From assembly GCF_009914755.1 (NCBI RefSeq), contig NC_060937.1: 64,000 nt of DNA. One strand, 5' to 3'. Under the pieces are notes generated by a model. That model was not told the origin of the DNA and ran no database searches. It worked only from the letters and a program-made list of their open reading frames with translations. The position numbers and the translations under genes were made by a program. This document shows, piece by piece, positions 29,791-44,131 of this stretch (position 1 is the first letter of the stretch; each line of letters opens with the position of its first letter). Source of the stretch: the human T2T-CHM13v2.0 reference genome, Homo sapiens.

Positions 29791-31888
29791 GGAAGAACCC
29801 ATTTGAGAGATAAACTTGTTTGTCCATATTTTCTTCCAAACCCTCTAGATTATTTTCATGGTAATTTCAGTGGATAGACTGCTTGGCACCGCATAGGGTG
29901 CACTATTTCAATCATTATTAAGCACGAAATTCAGGTTACAACACCCAGAAGGGATGCTCAACTATTCAGCTGCCTTTTGCCTTAGTGTTTATTTTACTGA
30001 TGATGTTTTCTCGTCTTTTTCTCTCTCTTTTCCTGGATGAACTTTTTAAATTCCCTTTTTCTTTCTTTCTTTTTTTTCTTTCCATTTTTATTTTCTCTTT
30101 CACTTCTCAAGAAATAACTTCTTATTCTGTCTCACTCACACCAAACACTGACATTTAGGAATCCCAGACCTTATCTGTCTCTTTTCTAGTTCCTTCCACA
30201 CATTCTAAAACAAGTCCAGATCTATGTACTTGTAAGTAACAGATGCTTCATTTGTTTATTTCCTCCCTCCACCCTTATATTTGATTTCTTGTTTGAGGAA
30301 AAACGACCATCTAGACAGGCCATGAAAAGTGTCTGCACTTGCCTGTTTTGTTACTTGGTAAATAATGTTTTGAAAGATCTGTACCCTACCCTACCTTACA
30401 AAAAGCATAAAGTTCTGGTGGACAGACCTTATTTTAGTTCTTAACAACTTCAGGTGTATAAAAAAAGTTTTCAAAATGTAAATGTAAATTGCTACAAGAT
30501 CACTGTTAATATCTTATGGTGACTAGTTTAAAACTATATTTTGGGTAGGTGACAGTTTACTATATTCTGCATCTAAGAAACTTTTTCTCATAATTTAACT
30601 TCGGAAACATGTTTCCATAATTAAACTACTCCAGATCATTTGTGTTTAATTCTTCTGAGAGCTTGGATTAACAGTCTTCTATAAAAACAAAGTAAAACAA
30701 AGATTAAAAACAAAAAACTTATCCTTAAGGTTTAATGGAAGATCAATCTTATTTTGATTGTTTTTTTTAAACACCTGCTTTCTGCATTTTAGTAATCTTT
30801 ATAAAAAATTAAGGACTAAGAAGATTAATCATTATTATTGCTCTGTAGTGATTCACATGCACACAAATATCACATTTTAAAACACTTAATGAATTAACTT
30901 TCCTAATTTCAAACCACAAGGCAAAAAGAATGTCTGATACTCTTGGTGCTATGTATTTGGAAGGTGCCCTCGGTGCTATTGTAAATGCTCGATAGACTTA
31001 ACATTGTGTAAGTATGAAGTACACTGAGTGTTGCCTTTTTCTTAAATTCAAATGAAACCATTTTAAATAGATAATCTGCTATGTGACCAAATGAATGATA
31101 TGGAGAGAAATAGAAGGTTGAAATAAAGGTAGTTCATATATTTCACACAGTAATAATACCGTTTGTAAATTTATTGCAGGCAATATTTATCCTAACCCCC
31201 GCATCAATTTTTTAGCAATGAAGTTTCTGAGTTACATGAATACTATATACATGTAATACTAGTAAATTTGATATACAGCATGAAAATGTCTCTGAACCCA
31301 CTGGAGTAAGAATGTGATTCATAAAGTAGCACTCCATCAAAAGGACAATTGCCTTCCAGCAAAGGCTGGGCACATTTCGTGACATCTATTAGAAAAGAGT
31401 TCAGGTAATCACAAGGTAATGGTTGATTTTTAAACAGTTCTCTCTGGCCTATTTTAAATTACTAGAGGAATAAGAAACTTCTGACTTGTGATAGATTTAA
31501 ACATTGAGCTTTATCATGCTTTTTGGAAATAGTTTTTTCAGCATTCTCTTAAAAATCTATAGTAGTTTTAAAGAGGAACATACTCTAATGAAATATACTA
31601 ATACATATAAGGTGACTTTTGAGCTAATTTACATTAAATGAAAGTATAAATAATTTATTTGTGGCCTAAAATAAAATTGGTATGGGTAGCTTCTCTATTA
31701 TATAATCAGCTCTATTATATAGTTTTAGACTCTAGTAAGCCATTGTGGACTAGTCAAAAAATACAGGTATTAATCCACATTAGTTACTCAAGAAATCATT
31801 ACTGGACTGGAAAGACAAATGGATGTATGGTTTATTAGATAGATGGATCACTGGATAAATTGAGTGGTGAATAGAAAAACAAGTAACC

Positions 31889-32234
<346 letters not shown>

Positions 32235-32509
32235 TTAGGTTTTAATTTTTAAAAACTAGTAAGATAAATAGTCAATACTCAAAGTTTTGTTTAAAGTTTA
32301 AAGTCTAGGGATCTGGAAGAATTTTTTTGAGAATACATGAATTTTTGTTTCCTATTATTAGTGTATAGTGAGAACTTGCAAAACGCTACTAAAAATTTTA
32401 TTCATATCATCAAGATAGCTTTATCACAAACAAAAATACTTAAGCAAGAAAAAGATTATGATAACACATCCCCTTCTTAAAAATATTTTCTATTGTTGGT
32501 TAATTCTAA

Positions 32510-32995
32510 GAATTTATCTGATTTCTAGTTCTCCAGAATTAGTACTGTGACAAGGATTTCAATACTCGTAGTTTCTTTGTGATATAATTCCAAAACATGC
32601 CAGTATAAAAGAAGTGAACCCGAGAAAAGAAAAAAGCAGAAGCCAATAAAGGAGGTGTGACCCACTAAGTTTCCTCTGTGGACAACTGGAACTCAATCCT
32701 ACTGCAAACTCTGCCAACCAATATGAAGAACAGTCATGAGAATTAGATCACCAAAAGGCAAAGAAGCTTGGATATCTACCCACCAACCTCACGATATAGT
32801 TATTGAGGGCTGTTCTCAGAGGGGAACATTTATCCCATAGCCCTTTATTCCTCTTATTTGTGCAGCAGACACCTATGGCCAGAGAGAATCCTTACATAGG
32901 GTTAGTTCTAAGTGCTGTGAGTTGGAATCTGGACAGAAATGCATGGAAATGTGTGATGTGGGAATCTTGGTGGGGCAGAGATGGTAGCTGTCACA
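32510..32995 (-). mobile_element. LTR16/LTR33-like ERVL LTR
   Basis: 'gacaaggatttcaat...gaagccaataaagg...ctgtggacaactggaactcaatcctactg...ggatatctacccaccaac'. Confidence 0.55.
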
Positions 32996-33284
32996 TCACA
33001 CTCCTTTCTCATTTGGAAATTGAGACATGCCATTGTATACAGTGAAGATCATTTATTCATTAGACAAGTATCTACTAAATATGGGCCATGTGCCCCTCCT
33101 CTCAGTTAAGACCTGGAAATAAAGTGGAGATGGAGGACAAACAAGTTTTTTCTTTTTTTCTCCATTTAATTTATAGTATAGTAGGCAAGATAAACAAAAA
33201 CAGAATTTCAAAAGTAGTACTACTTCACAAATGTGATAACTGCTAGGAAGAAGTAGATGGTTTTATGAAAGATTGTATGTTCTC

Positions 33285-33577
33285 TTTTTTTTTGAGACAG
33301 GCTCTCACTCCTGTTGCCCAGGCTGGTGTGCAGTGGCTTGGTCCTGGCTCACTGCAGCCTTTACCTCCTAGGCTCAGGTGATTCTCCCTCCTCAGCCCCC
33401 TGAGTAGCTGGGACTACAAGTATGCACCACCACACTCGGTTAATTTGTTGTAGTTTTTGAAGAAATGGGGTTTCGTCATGTTGCTTAGCGTAGTCTCAAT
33501 CTCCTGGGCTCAAGTGATCCACCCACCTCAGTCTCCCAAATTGCTAGGATTACAGGTGTAAGCCACCATGCCATGCC
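33285..33577 (-). mobile_element. AluJ
   Basis: Diverged; 'ctcactgcagcc' and 'ctcctgggctcaagtgatcc' J-type features. Confidence 0.92.
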
Positions 33578-34262
33578 CATATATGTTGTTAATAACTGAA
33601 AATCTGTGCTAGTGTTGTTCAGCCATCAAATAAAGTATTCTACACAATAGTAAAATGTTGTAAATCATCAATATCATACATTGATTTTTCATGTTTTCTA
33701 CTCCTTAGCAACTAACTTATTATTTATTATCTTGTTTCTTGATTTATTTAGGAAGCACAGTTTTCCTTCTCATCAAGCCACCAACTCTATGACAATGGCT
33801 CTCATTTGGGGATGAAGCAAAGCAGTTACTGAAAATCAAAAGAATGTTGAGAAGAGAAAAGTTGTCATGGAAAGAGCTCTGACCCCTAATTCAGCTGAGG
33901 CTACCAGAGAAGCAGAGTCCCTGCCTCTTTTTTTATCAGGCCCTTAGCAACTCACTTATGGTGAATACTAGTGATGTAGTTTGCTTGTACATAAATTTCC
34001 TACCAAAATGTATGAATTTTATACCATTTGGCATTCTTTGTTTCAATGAATAAATCTCAAACTTTACTCTTTTATTTTATTTGTCTGATTACATGTCTAT
34101 GTCACCAAATCTGTGAAATCCTGTAAGGCAGAAAAAAATGTCTTCACATATCTATACTTTAAGATACCAATGCTCACCTGGCATATGGCAGGGCACAACA
34201 CGTATTTGATGACTAAATGAAAATAATATAAAATATCACCTAGTTATACACCAATAATCTGA

Positions 34263-34596
<334 letters not shown>

Positions 34597-37500
34597 TAAC
34601 ACAACATCACGTTTTAATCTTACCACAGAACCTTAATGAAACACGGAAGCTGTTTTATTTCCAATTCAAACATGAGTTAAGTAAAACACATAAAGTTAAT
34701 TGAGTTGGCAGAGTAAAAAAGATAGTAAGTGACATAATTCAGATTTGAACTTCATTCATGTTGAGCCTAAATTCGGTGTTGTTTCAATGTGACTGAGCTA
34801 TCAGAACCTCACTTAGATTACATTAAGGAGTCCATTCATTTTAACCATGGCCAATGATTTACTTAGCAGAATTTTATATAAATAATATTACAGAGTTTGT
34901 GAATGTATAATCCCAATAATTATGCAGTTCTCAATCTTCAGTAGCATCTAACTGTACATACTCTGAGAAATTTCACATTATATTTACTGCACTTAAAGTA
35001 CAACTGGCTCCATTTGTTTATTAATGCAGGAAAAGGTGCCTTTTTATAGATTTTTTAAATAGATTAAAAAAGTGCTATTTTAGCTTTTTAAAGTTTTGAT
35101 GGAAACTTTTCTCTAATTGCAATCAGTATTAAAAATTTGTTCTGAGTTATAAGAATGAATATAGAAATTCACCTATTGAGTATTGATGCCATGGCAAGAA
35201 AATTTATCCTAGTCTTTCCTCTTCTCGTTGGATATTGTTAAGAGGTCAATACAAAATTATATTTAAGAGGTAATAAAATCAAAGTATAGAGAGTTGAGTT
35301 GACTTATACATATATGTGTGTGTGTGAATCGGCCTTCTTAAAATTTCTATGTCACAAATCTAAAAGTGTCCTCTAAACCCTGCCTTATAAATAATTATAT
35401 GATGACAATTGTATAAAGTTTAAGTTGAATGCTATCAGACGTCAAAGAGAAGTGGTTCTCCAGGAAAAAATAATAAGAAAACAATTATCAAAAAAGTATC
35501 TTGACTTCTGGATGTAAGCACTGTAACTGAATTTTACAATCTGAGTTGATACAGACATCAGTCTTTATTGAGTTGTGATTTTCACTTCAGACAATAAAAA
35601 TGTATTACCTTTTCTATAATTTTTACCCAGGGTAATCTTGCTTTAAATGTGTTTCTTAGTTGCCAAGGCAACCAGCATTCCTTATCTTGCCATTTACACT
35701 TATTTTGAACACTTATTGTAGTTTTTTGGTCCTTTTTCTTTAAACAATGGCCTAACAAATACATGCAATATCTGCAAAAGTTATTAAAAATGATAATTTC
35801 AAAAATTATTCTGACTCAGTAGTAATTTCATCTTTATTAATGGTATTGTTCATCACAGTCACCTCCTATTTCACTTACCAAGTAAAGGTTACTAAAAGAA
35901 GAAATAAATGTATGGTTATAGTAGAGTAATTGCAAACAATCATCTACCTGTCTAGATTGACTTAAAATATTAGCTGAAAATAAATATGTATATCTATTAA
36001 ATAAAAAGTAATACTGATTAAAGTACCTCAAATCTGGCTGTATTTTAGAAGCCTTCTTTAAAAGTTATGAGAATGAACTAGATAATTTATTAATATTTTC
36101 TCTTAACATCTAAAATTGTGTGCATGTGGGTCTCACTAGTGAATGCTACCATAGGATAAAATACAGTTAAAAACAACAGGTGAGAAATTAAATATATATT
36201 TTGTATGTGTTATAACTCTAAACATACACACACAATTTGTTAGAGATCAAATTGTTATTAGTGATTTCATTATGCTCATTTTAAAGAAAAATGTAAAGTT
36301 AAGACTTGTGAAACTTAATTGAAAATATTTAGAGATTATCGGTCAAAAATACATCATTGATAATAACTGTATTTCCTCAGCTATTTGTCATAAAGAAAGA
36401 GAATTGATTAGCTTGAGTTAAATACATTGTTGAACAATAATGTATTTAATGTTTCAGTGTTTGGGGCTATAAATTTGTAGGATAACAGCTCAGAAAGAGA
36501 TTTTTCTCTCTTCATATCCATCGTTGAAGCAGAGCTCAAGTAAATATACAGTCAATATAATACAAAGGTCAATGAATATAAGTACTATGGGTTTAGTCTA
36601 CATTAAATGTCATGGACATTATGTATGTGTGGATGGCTTTTGGAGATCAGATTGTATGCAGAGGATAGCATATAAAATAAACTTGGGAGAATAAATGAGA
36701 AAATAAGAAGAACAGATCATTTTTGTGAAAGAGAATATGAAATCAGATATAACCAGACACAAAAATTGAGTATTTCAGTGCAAAGAGGAATAAATTATAT
36801 GATTAATGATGATAATCTCCTTTGTTATTGAAAATGTTTACTGCTAATATGAAAAAGCTTTTCATAGTTTGAAGTGAAATAGCCACTGAAAGATGACTCA
36901 AGATAGCCATTTTTCTTTAAGTGACTAACCATAATTTGAATAAGTATAGAAATAATTTAATTTTTAAGACTTATTACCAAAATGAGGAAAAATTAAGTAA
37001 TTTTAATATTCAAAGAAAACATATTATAAAAAGCTTTACCATAAAAAGAGTACAAACCCAAGTGAGGCAGCATATTGGGAATTGAGATTGTTAACATATC
37101 ATCAAGGGTTTTTTTTTTTTAATATTCCATTTATTGCCAGGAACAATTATTGGCTTTCTCCCACAGTCTCACTAGAAATACTTACAAATTTCATATTGTA
37201 CTTCAAGATGTTTGTATGCCTTCATTCTTATGATATTAGAAGAAACTCATAATCAACTCTCAGATACTGGAGCCCAGAAGACAGAAATGCTCAGCAACAT
37301 TTAAGTGAATGCTCCTCATTTCATTTACTGTCTCACACATCATCTAAGTAAGATCACAAATCTCTCCTACAAAGAGAAAAATGATGAATTTGTTTACTCT
37401 TTAAAAAAGTAGGACAGGTATCAGTGTGACATTGAAAATCCCCTTAGGTAAAAGATAAAGATCCAGAAAATTATGAGACGTTGAGGGGCCAAATTATTAT

Positions 37501-37669
37501 TGGACGTCTAATATCACATGTGGCTATTTTTATATTATGAACTTAACATATAAATTATGTTCTACATATTATTCATAGGACTTTCTTAATACATGGTTAT
37601 ACATTATTGATTAAACATTCTAATGTATTTACTTAAGAAGACAAAGTTTAATTGCTTAGTTTCTTTCTT

Positions 37670-38079
37670 CCCGAGGTTCACTGAGGCATAACTAACAAAA
37701 ATTGTATATATTTAAGGTGTACAATGGAATATTTTGAGATATGTATACATTGTGAAATGATTACCACGATCAAGCTAGTTAACATGTCACTTCACACAGT
37801 TACTATTTTGTATGTGTGAGAATACTTAGGATCTACTTTCTCAGCAAATTTCAAGTATACAAGGTACAATTTTTAACTATAGTCATCATGATGGGCATTA
37901 GCTCTCCATAATTTATTCATTTTACAACTGCCAAGTTTGTCCCTCTGACCGACATTTCCCCATTTACCCCAACTTCCTACCGCCAGTAATCATCCATCCA
38001 TCCATTCTTTGCTCCCATGAGTTCAACTTTTTAGATTCCACATATAAGTGAGATCATGTAGTACTTGTCTTTCTGTGTC
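37670..38079 (-). mobile_element. L1MA 3' end
   Basis: 'aattgtatatatttaaggtgtacaa...atacattgtgaaatgattacca...ttagattccacatataagtgagatcatg'. Confidence 0.85.
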
Positions 38080-38788
38080 CATTCCAATTCTTATCTGTTT
38101 TCCTGTGTAAAGTAATTTTTTTAGACGATTTTATAATCTGTTCTGTTTCAAGGCTTTCTTTTGTCCTTTGTTTTCTGCAGTTTGAATATGATATTCTTCA
38201 GTATAGATTTTTGGGGTATTTGTTTTGTTTGAAGTTTCCGAATCTGTGGTTGGTTTCTGAATCTGTGGTTTGGTTTCTTCTATTAGTTTTGGACTATTCT
38301 CTGACATTATTATTTCAAATATTCCTTCTAATTTTTGTCTTTCTTCATCTTCTGGTATTCCAATTACATGTATTATGTGTACCTTGAGAAGTTGTTCCAC
38401 AGTTCTTGAATATTCTGTTCTACTTTTCTCATCTTTTCTCTATGAATTTCAGTTTGAGACGTGTCTATTGACATCTTGAAGCTCGCTGACTTTCCCATGG
38501 CTATTTCCAGTCTATCAATGAGCCCATCAGAATTATTTTTAAATTCTCTGTGGTAGTATTTTTTATTTCTAGTGTTTTCTCTTGATAATTTTTTGGTGTT
38601 TTCATCTGTTTGCTTACTTTAGCCATCTGTTCTGCTTGCTGTTTACATTTTTACATTAGAATTCTTATCATATAATTCATAGTAATTTCTATTTCCCTGT
38701 CTGATAATTACAAAAGCTGTGTTGTATTTGAGTCAAGTTTTGATGCTTGCTTTGTCTTTCCAAACTATGTTTTTGTTTGTTGGCTGGG

Positions 38789-38860
38789 TCTATCTATATC
38801 TATCGTCTATTTATCTGTCATCTGTCTATCTATCTACCTACCTACCTATCTATCTATCTG
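38789..38860. repeat. (TCTA)n-like tetranucleotide repeat
   Basis: tctatctatc/ctacctac units. Confidence 0.85.
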
Positions 38861-38884
38861 CATCTTAACACACTTCACTTTAGG

Positions 38885-39262
38885 CTGCAGTCTGAATGTT
38901 TGTGTTCCCAACAATTTATATGGTGCAGTCCTAACCTTCAAGGTGGTGGCATTAGGAAGTAGGGCATTTTGGGAAGTGATTAGGTCAGTGAGGTCCGAAC
39001 ACTCACGAATGGGATAAGTGAAATGAGCGGAATTAGAGTTCTTATAAAATAAGCCCTAGAGAGCTCATTTGTCCTTCCACCATATTAAGGACACAGCTAG
39101 AAGGTGACAACTATGAGCCAGAAAGCCACCCTCACCAGACACCAAACCTGCTAGTGCCTTGATCTGGGACTTCCCAACCTCTAGAACTGTGAGAAATAAA
39201 TTTCTGTTGTGTATAACCTACCTAGTTTATGATATTTTGTTTTAGAAGCCCAGACTAAGACA
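38885..39262 (+). mobile_element. MLT1A-like solo LTR
   Basis: 'tctgaatgtttgtgttccc...gccttgatctgggacttcccaacctctagaactgtgagaaataaatttctgttg...agactaagaca'. Confidence 0.88.
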
Positions 39263-40043
39263 CCTTCTATTTTGTTGTTGTTGTTGAAAACTAGACATAA
39301 TATGAACCAAAATAAATATACCTTTAGTATGAGGTTTTATGTTCACTTGGGAAGGAGTTGGGCTATGTTGAATATTTGCTGTGGCAACAGGTGTCAGAGT
39401 TTCAAATTCTTTTAATGTCCTTCTTTTTGTTTCTTCTGTTGTCTTTGGGTTTTACTTAAAGAAAAAAATCAACAACCAAAACAAAAAATCCTTCTTACAT
39501 GTGTGCCTTGTATCTCGTTCAGCTATAATCCACTATTATTACACTGGAGCCCTATACATGTGGTGGGAACGTGTGGGTGAGGGGTAGAGATCTACAACAT
39601 TGTAATTAAAACTCAGTGTTTTAGTAGGTCTTTGTTCTTGGCTTGACTTTCACACATTTTCTTAGCTCCCACCTCCCCCTCACCTTTTCTGAGGCAGTTG
39701 GGCTAATATAGCTAGAGTTGTAAAATTGCCCTTCTCCTGGGTATGAGAGTTGTAAAATTGACCTTCTCCTGGGTAAGATATAGCTCTGATAAAGTCTTTT
39801 TCCCTGCAGAGTAGGCCTTTGTTTTACAGAAAGATCTCAGTGTTTTTCAAAATAGTTACTTTTCCCCTGAACTTCCAGAACACAGGATTTTTTCTTTTCT
39901 GTTCACTATCATAACCTATGAGTTCCTATGGGTAAATTTCACAAAATTGTGGAGGACCATCCAAAAGGAAGGCCTCTAGGACTTTGCTTATCTCATGCTA
40001 ATCCACATCCAGCCTCAGAAATTCACCAAAGTTATAGTTACGA

Positions 40044-40561
40044 TGTTGTTCCCGGAGGGAATGGGTGTGTCCGGCTGCTGGTTCTCGCAGACCAACAAAG
40101 AGATGCAGACTGGCTGGGAAGGAAGGGAGCTTATTTCTGCAAACTGTTAAAAGGAAGAGCTCGGAGTAACTCACCAGACCAACTCAAAATTACAAGTTAT
40201 CTAGTGCTTACATACATTTAATACACCTATAAGCTGAAAGCCAAAGTGTTTCACTCTATCTATTCTTTATCTAGGGTTTGGGGTCTAAACAATTACTGCA
40301 GAGCCTTGGAAAAAGTATTTAATTTAAAGTGGGTCCTGGTACAAGGTGTACAAGAACGTCTCAGTTGTTTCAATTAAACTCTGAAGTCTGAGAAAGCCCA
40401 GGCCGGGTCTTAAATGGACTTGGCTTTATATTCTAGCCTTTGTACTAAGGCACTGGTTTCCCCAGTTCTTTAATGTTTAACTTATGTATTCATAAGAGTT
40501 ACAGCAAGGTGTTGGTGAAAGCTGACTCCTCTGTTTGGAAATGGAGACCTGGTCTGCCACG
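40044..40561 (-). mobile_element. Solo LTR, family not assigned
   Basis: On minus starts (C)GTGGCAGACCAGGTCTC and ends AACAACA; compositionally distinct from the flanking L1. Confidence 0.55.
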
Positions 40562-40574
40562 TTTTGGTAAAAAA

Positions 40575-40992
40575 TGGAGGTTTTGATCAAAAGTAGACTG
40601 TATATACACGGTAGTCCCTTATGATTAAAATGAGGCTGAAAAATTCCTATGGCATAGTGGCATTGTAGCCATCATACTACGGTAGTGCAATGCATTACTC
40701 ATGTGTTTGTGGTGACACTAGTGCAAGCAAACCTCTTGGGCTACCAGTCGTATAAAAATATCACACATGTAATTATGTACAGTACATAAAACGGGATAAT
40801 GAAAATAAACTTAGTTTCTGTATTTTCCGTAATATACTTCTTGTCATTATTGTAGAGTGTACTCCTACTACTACTAAAATAATTAATTGTACAATAGCCT
40901 CAGGCAAGTACTTCAGGAGGTGCTCCAAAAGTTATTTTTGTTATTACAGGAGATGATGCACTTATCTCAGTCATTAAGTGAAATATGACTGC
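40575..40992 (+). mobile_element. MER47/Tigger-type DNA transposon fossil
   Basis: 'ggtagtcccttatgatta..atgaggctgaaaaattcctat...tgcattactcatgtgtttgtggtga'; ends in TIR-like 'taagtgaaatatgactg'. Confidence 0.75.
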
Positions 40993-42743
40993 ACTCGTTT
41001 AGGCCTACCAGTTTATGGCCCCAGTGGCTTTAGCCCCAGGTAAGCAGATCTTTGATATGACTGTCTACATTCACCTGTCTCCAGATTTTGGAGTGGTGGT
41101 TTACCCTGGGAATCACGACTCTCATGAGTCAAAGAAAATTACTGATTTTCAGTTTGTGCAACATTTTTTTTCTATGTAAAGACAGGAGTGGCTGTATCCA
41201 AGGTATTTTTACATTGCAACTGGAACTAGTAGTTGTAGACAGATTTTTAAATTCAAAAATAACTCGTTTTATTTTTCAATTCACTTAGTATTTTATGTGA
41301 TTATGCTATCTGTGTCAGCTAAGCTTCAAATCTGCATATAATCGGATTTGTTCGAGGAACAGATAAGGGGACTAAGGAGAAGAGTTTCCTGTTTTGCCAA
41401 AAGTAGAGGAGAGGAAACGATGGAGAAGCGAGCCTGGTGACTGAACTCTCCTACCCGATGGAGGACTAGCTGAGACCTATTGAGGAGTGGATGAATTTAT
41501 TTTTCTAAGAAGAAACTCTGATATTAGAGTTGGTGCTTAGACTCAGGTGACAATATGCAAAAAAGAAAAAATGAAGGAGTGAGCTCTTCGGTTATTTTAG
41601 TCACGTGGAGTCACTTTAGTACTTGGATAACAGATTTGGAAACATGAAAAAGATTGCACGCTGGTGTGTTGATTTCATACTCACAAGAAGAATCAGAAAC
41701 ACTGGTGGAAGCTAAGGCATTTATGTAGCATCTCCATCAGAGTTCAGCAATTAACAATTAACAGGTTTAGAATAGGAAAAAGGGAAATGGCCATAGCGAA
41801 GTAATTATTGCTGGCAATTTTTTTAAGCACATATGTAACATTCCCTGGAGACCAACAGAACATTCCCTGGAGACTAACAGAAATAAACAGCTCAATGCGG
41901 GGCTCATTTCCCGTAAAAGCAAGTGAGATGGGACACAACAAAATTTGTGTTATAACTTTTACTCTGACTTAAAATACAGGATGGCACAACTTGAGAAAAT
42001 TTAAATTACACATTTAAAACCCTTTCTCAAATTAACCTCTACATAAAATCCAGTTTTACTTTGACATGTGTATATTAAAATCTGAGTCAAAAAATGAAAT
42101 GCATTAGATTATCCTTAAATGAAACAGCTGTTTATGATACTGTGCTTAATTTCTTTGCTAGTTACAAAGATATGTTACTAACTATAACTGCAAACGAAAA
42201 AATTTTAATACAAAAGAGCTAATATTATTTTAAAAATAATACTTGTCTTCTGAAACAATTTAATTTCATATTGGGAGCTAAGTGGCATTTTTATTTTCTA
42301 AGTTTCCAATCTTAAGAAAGGAAGACAATTAGAATGAATGTGGATACATAATTGATTCTGCCAGGCTAGAAGGGGAAAAAATATTTTTGTCAAAAATGTC
42401 AAAAATATTTTTCCTTGTTGTTATTAATTACAAAGCCCTAATTAAATAATACCCTGGGAACTCTAAATCAATGACAGATGACTTTGTCCTTTAGAAGGAG
42501 CAGATGGGAGGATGTCAGTATAAATTTGAATTATATTAGGTTAAAGGTATAAACATTATCATAAAAATGATGTGTCAAAACACATTTTAAATAATTTTTT
42601 TAATACAATTTGTCACTCTTGCCTTTTTTTAACCCTTTGACCAACATCTCCCCATTTACCTCCAATCCAAGCTTCTGGCAACCTCTGCTCTACTCTCTGC
42701 TTCCATGAGTCTGGCTTTATTAAATTCCATATATAGGTGAGAC

Positions 42744-43298
42744 TGCATCTGGAATTGGTGGGTTCTTGGTCTCGCTGACTTCAACAATGAAGCCGCGGAC
42801 CCTCCGGTGAGTGTTACAGTTCTTAAAGATGGTGTGTCTGGAGTTTGCTCCTTCTGATGTTCGGATGTGTCCAGAGTTTCTTCCTACCGGTGGGTTCGTG
42901 GTCTCCCTGGCCTCAGGAGTCAACCTGCAGACCTTCACAATAACTGTTACAGCTCATAAAGGCAGTGCAGACCCAAACAGTGAGCAGCAACAAGATTTAT
43001 TGCAAAGAGCAAAAGAACAAACACCACACCGCATGCCAACAGAGGGCAGCCAGCTGCCGTTGCTGGCTAGAGTGGCCAGCTTTTATTGCCTTATCTGGCC
43101 CCACCCACAGTCTGCTGATTGGTCCATTTTACAGAGAGCTGATTGGTCCATTTTACAGAGAGCTGATTGGTCCGTTTTGACAGAGTGCTGATTGGTGCGT
43201 TTACAAATCTTTAGCTAGACACAGAGCACTGATTGGTGTGTTTACAATCCTTTAGCTAGACAGAAAAGTTCCCCAAGTCCCTACCCGACCCAGAAGCC
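42744..43298 (-). mobile_element. LTR12 (HERV9) solo LTR, short form
   Basis: 'ggaattggtgggttcttggtctcgctgacttcaa..atgaagccgcggaccctc' and tandem 'gctgattggtccattttacagaga' units. Confidence 0.95.
43080..43236 (-). promoter_or_regulatory. LTR12 U3 CCAAT-box array (5 boxes) and AATAAAA TATA-like box
   Basis: ATTGG at 43118, 43142, 43166, 43191 and 43232; TTTTATT at 43081-43087. Activity not shown. Confidence 0.55.
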
Positions 43299-44023
43299 TA
43301 AGATGATGCGGTATTTGTCTTTGTCTGGCTTATTTCACTTCACTAATGTCCTCTATTCTTGCTATTCTGTCTCATCTGTTTGTCCTTTCTTTTCATGAAA
43401 TGTTCTATAAAATATTCTAGAATATCTTCAAAATGTTTTTACTCTTAGATGATTAAGGATAAGTTCCAATTAAATTTCCTTCTCAGAGAATGCTCTCTCA
43501 ATTTCCCATTGCTTTATTCTGTATTTTTATTGGAAAGTTAAATACCAATTTTTGTTATTATCATTTTGAAGAAAATCAGAAAAGAACAAATACTGCCTGT
43601 TTATGTATCATAATACATAGAATCATTTTCAAAAGAAATATTTTCCAGGTTGAATTTCAGTGAGGGAGTTGAAAGACTTTATATCCCTCTGTTTCTTTAC
43701 CCAGAATTTAACGTGATACTGTTCACTAAACAGAAAAATTAGTATAGCAATATCTAAAACACACGTACACTCAACGCACATTAATAAGAACATAAGAAAG
43801 AGCACAGGTATTGCTGCTTTTCTATATTTATTAAGCTTTTCAATTTTAAAATATTTACTATTTCATTCTCATGATTTAGAGAAAATACAGTTACAGGACT
43901 TTGTTTACCTTTGATAACCTAGTTAAGAGTAAAGGCATTTAGGGAAGAAAAGCCAGTGAAGTATATATTAGATATATGCCTATACTTCAAATAACATTAA
44001 ATCATTTCCTGATCCTTGGAGAG

Positions 44024-44131
44024 AAGTTGCAGAGATTTAAGAGATATGAATTCTATCTCCAATTGTACAGCTATTGTAAGTTGCAGAGATTTAAGAGATA
44101 TGAATTCTATCTCCAATTGTACAGCTATTGT
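44024..44131. repeat. Perfect 54-bp tandem duplication
   Basis: aagttgcagagatttaagagatatgaattctatctccaattgtacagctattgt x2. Confidence 0.98.

Larger units (their letters stand above)
38090..41230 (-). mobile_element. Old L1M ORF1/5' region, interrupted by (TCTA)n, MLT1A, a solo LTR and MER47
   Basis: The minus-strand ORF 38131-38400 (IHVIGIPEDEER...IFEIIMSENSPKL...QIQK) resembles L1 ORF1p; flanking L1M 5'-type sequence. Confidence 0.7.
42605..43355 (-). mobile_element. L1MA 3' fragment split by LTR12 (42605-42743 and 43299-43355)
   Basis: 'ttccatatataggtgaga' joins 'gatgatgcggtatttgtctttgtctggcttatttcactt'. Confidence 0.7.

Noticed and set aside
33740-33965. Possible exon after a pyrimidine tract (tttatttag|GAAGCAC)
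   Set aside because: The frames I read hit stop codons early and show no recognisable homology; transcript data would be needed.
43110-43260. Regularly spaced ~24-bp repeats that superficially resemble a CRISPR array
   Set aside because: No unique spacers, eukaryotic context, and they are the standard LTR12 U3 tandem repeats.
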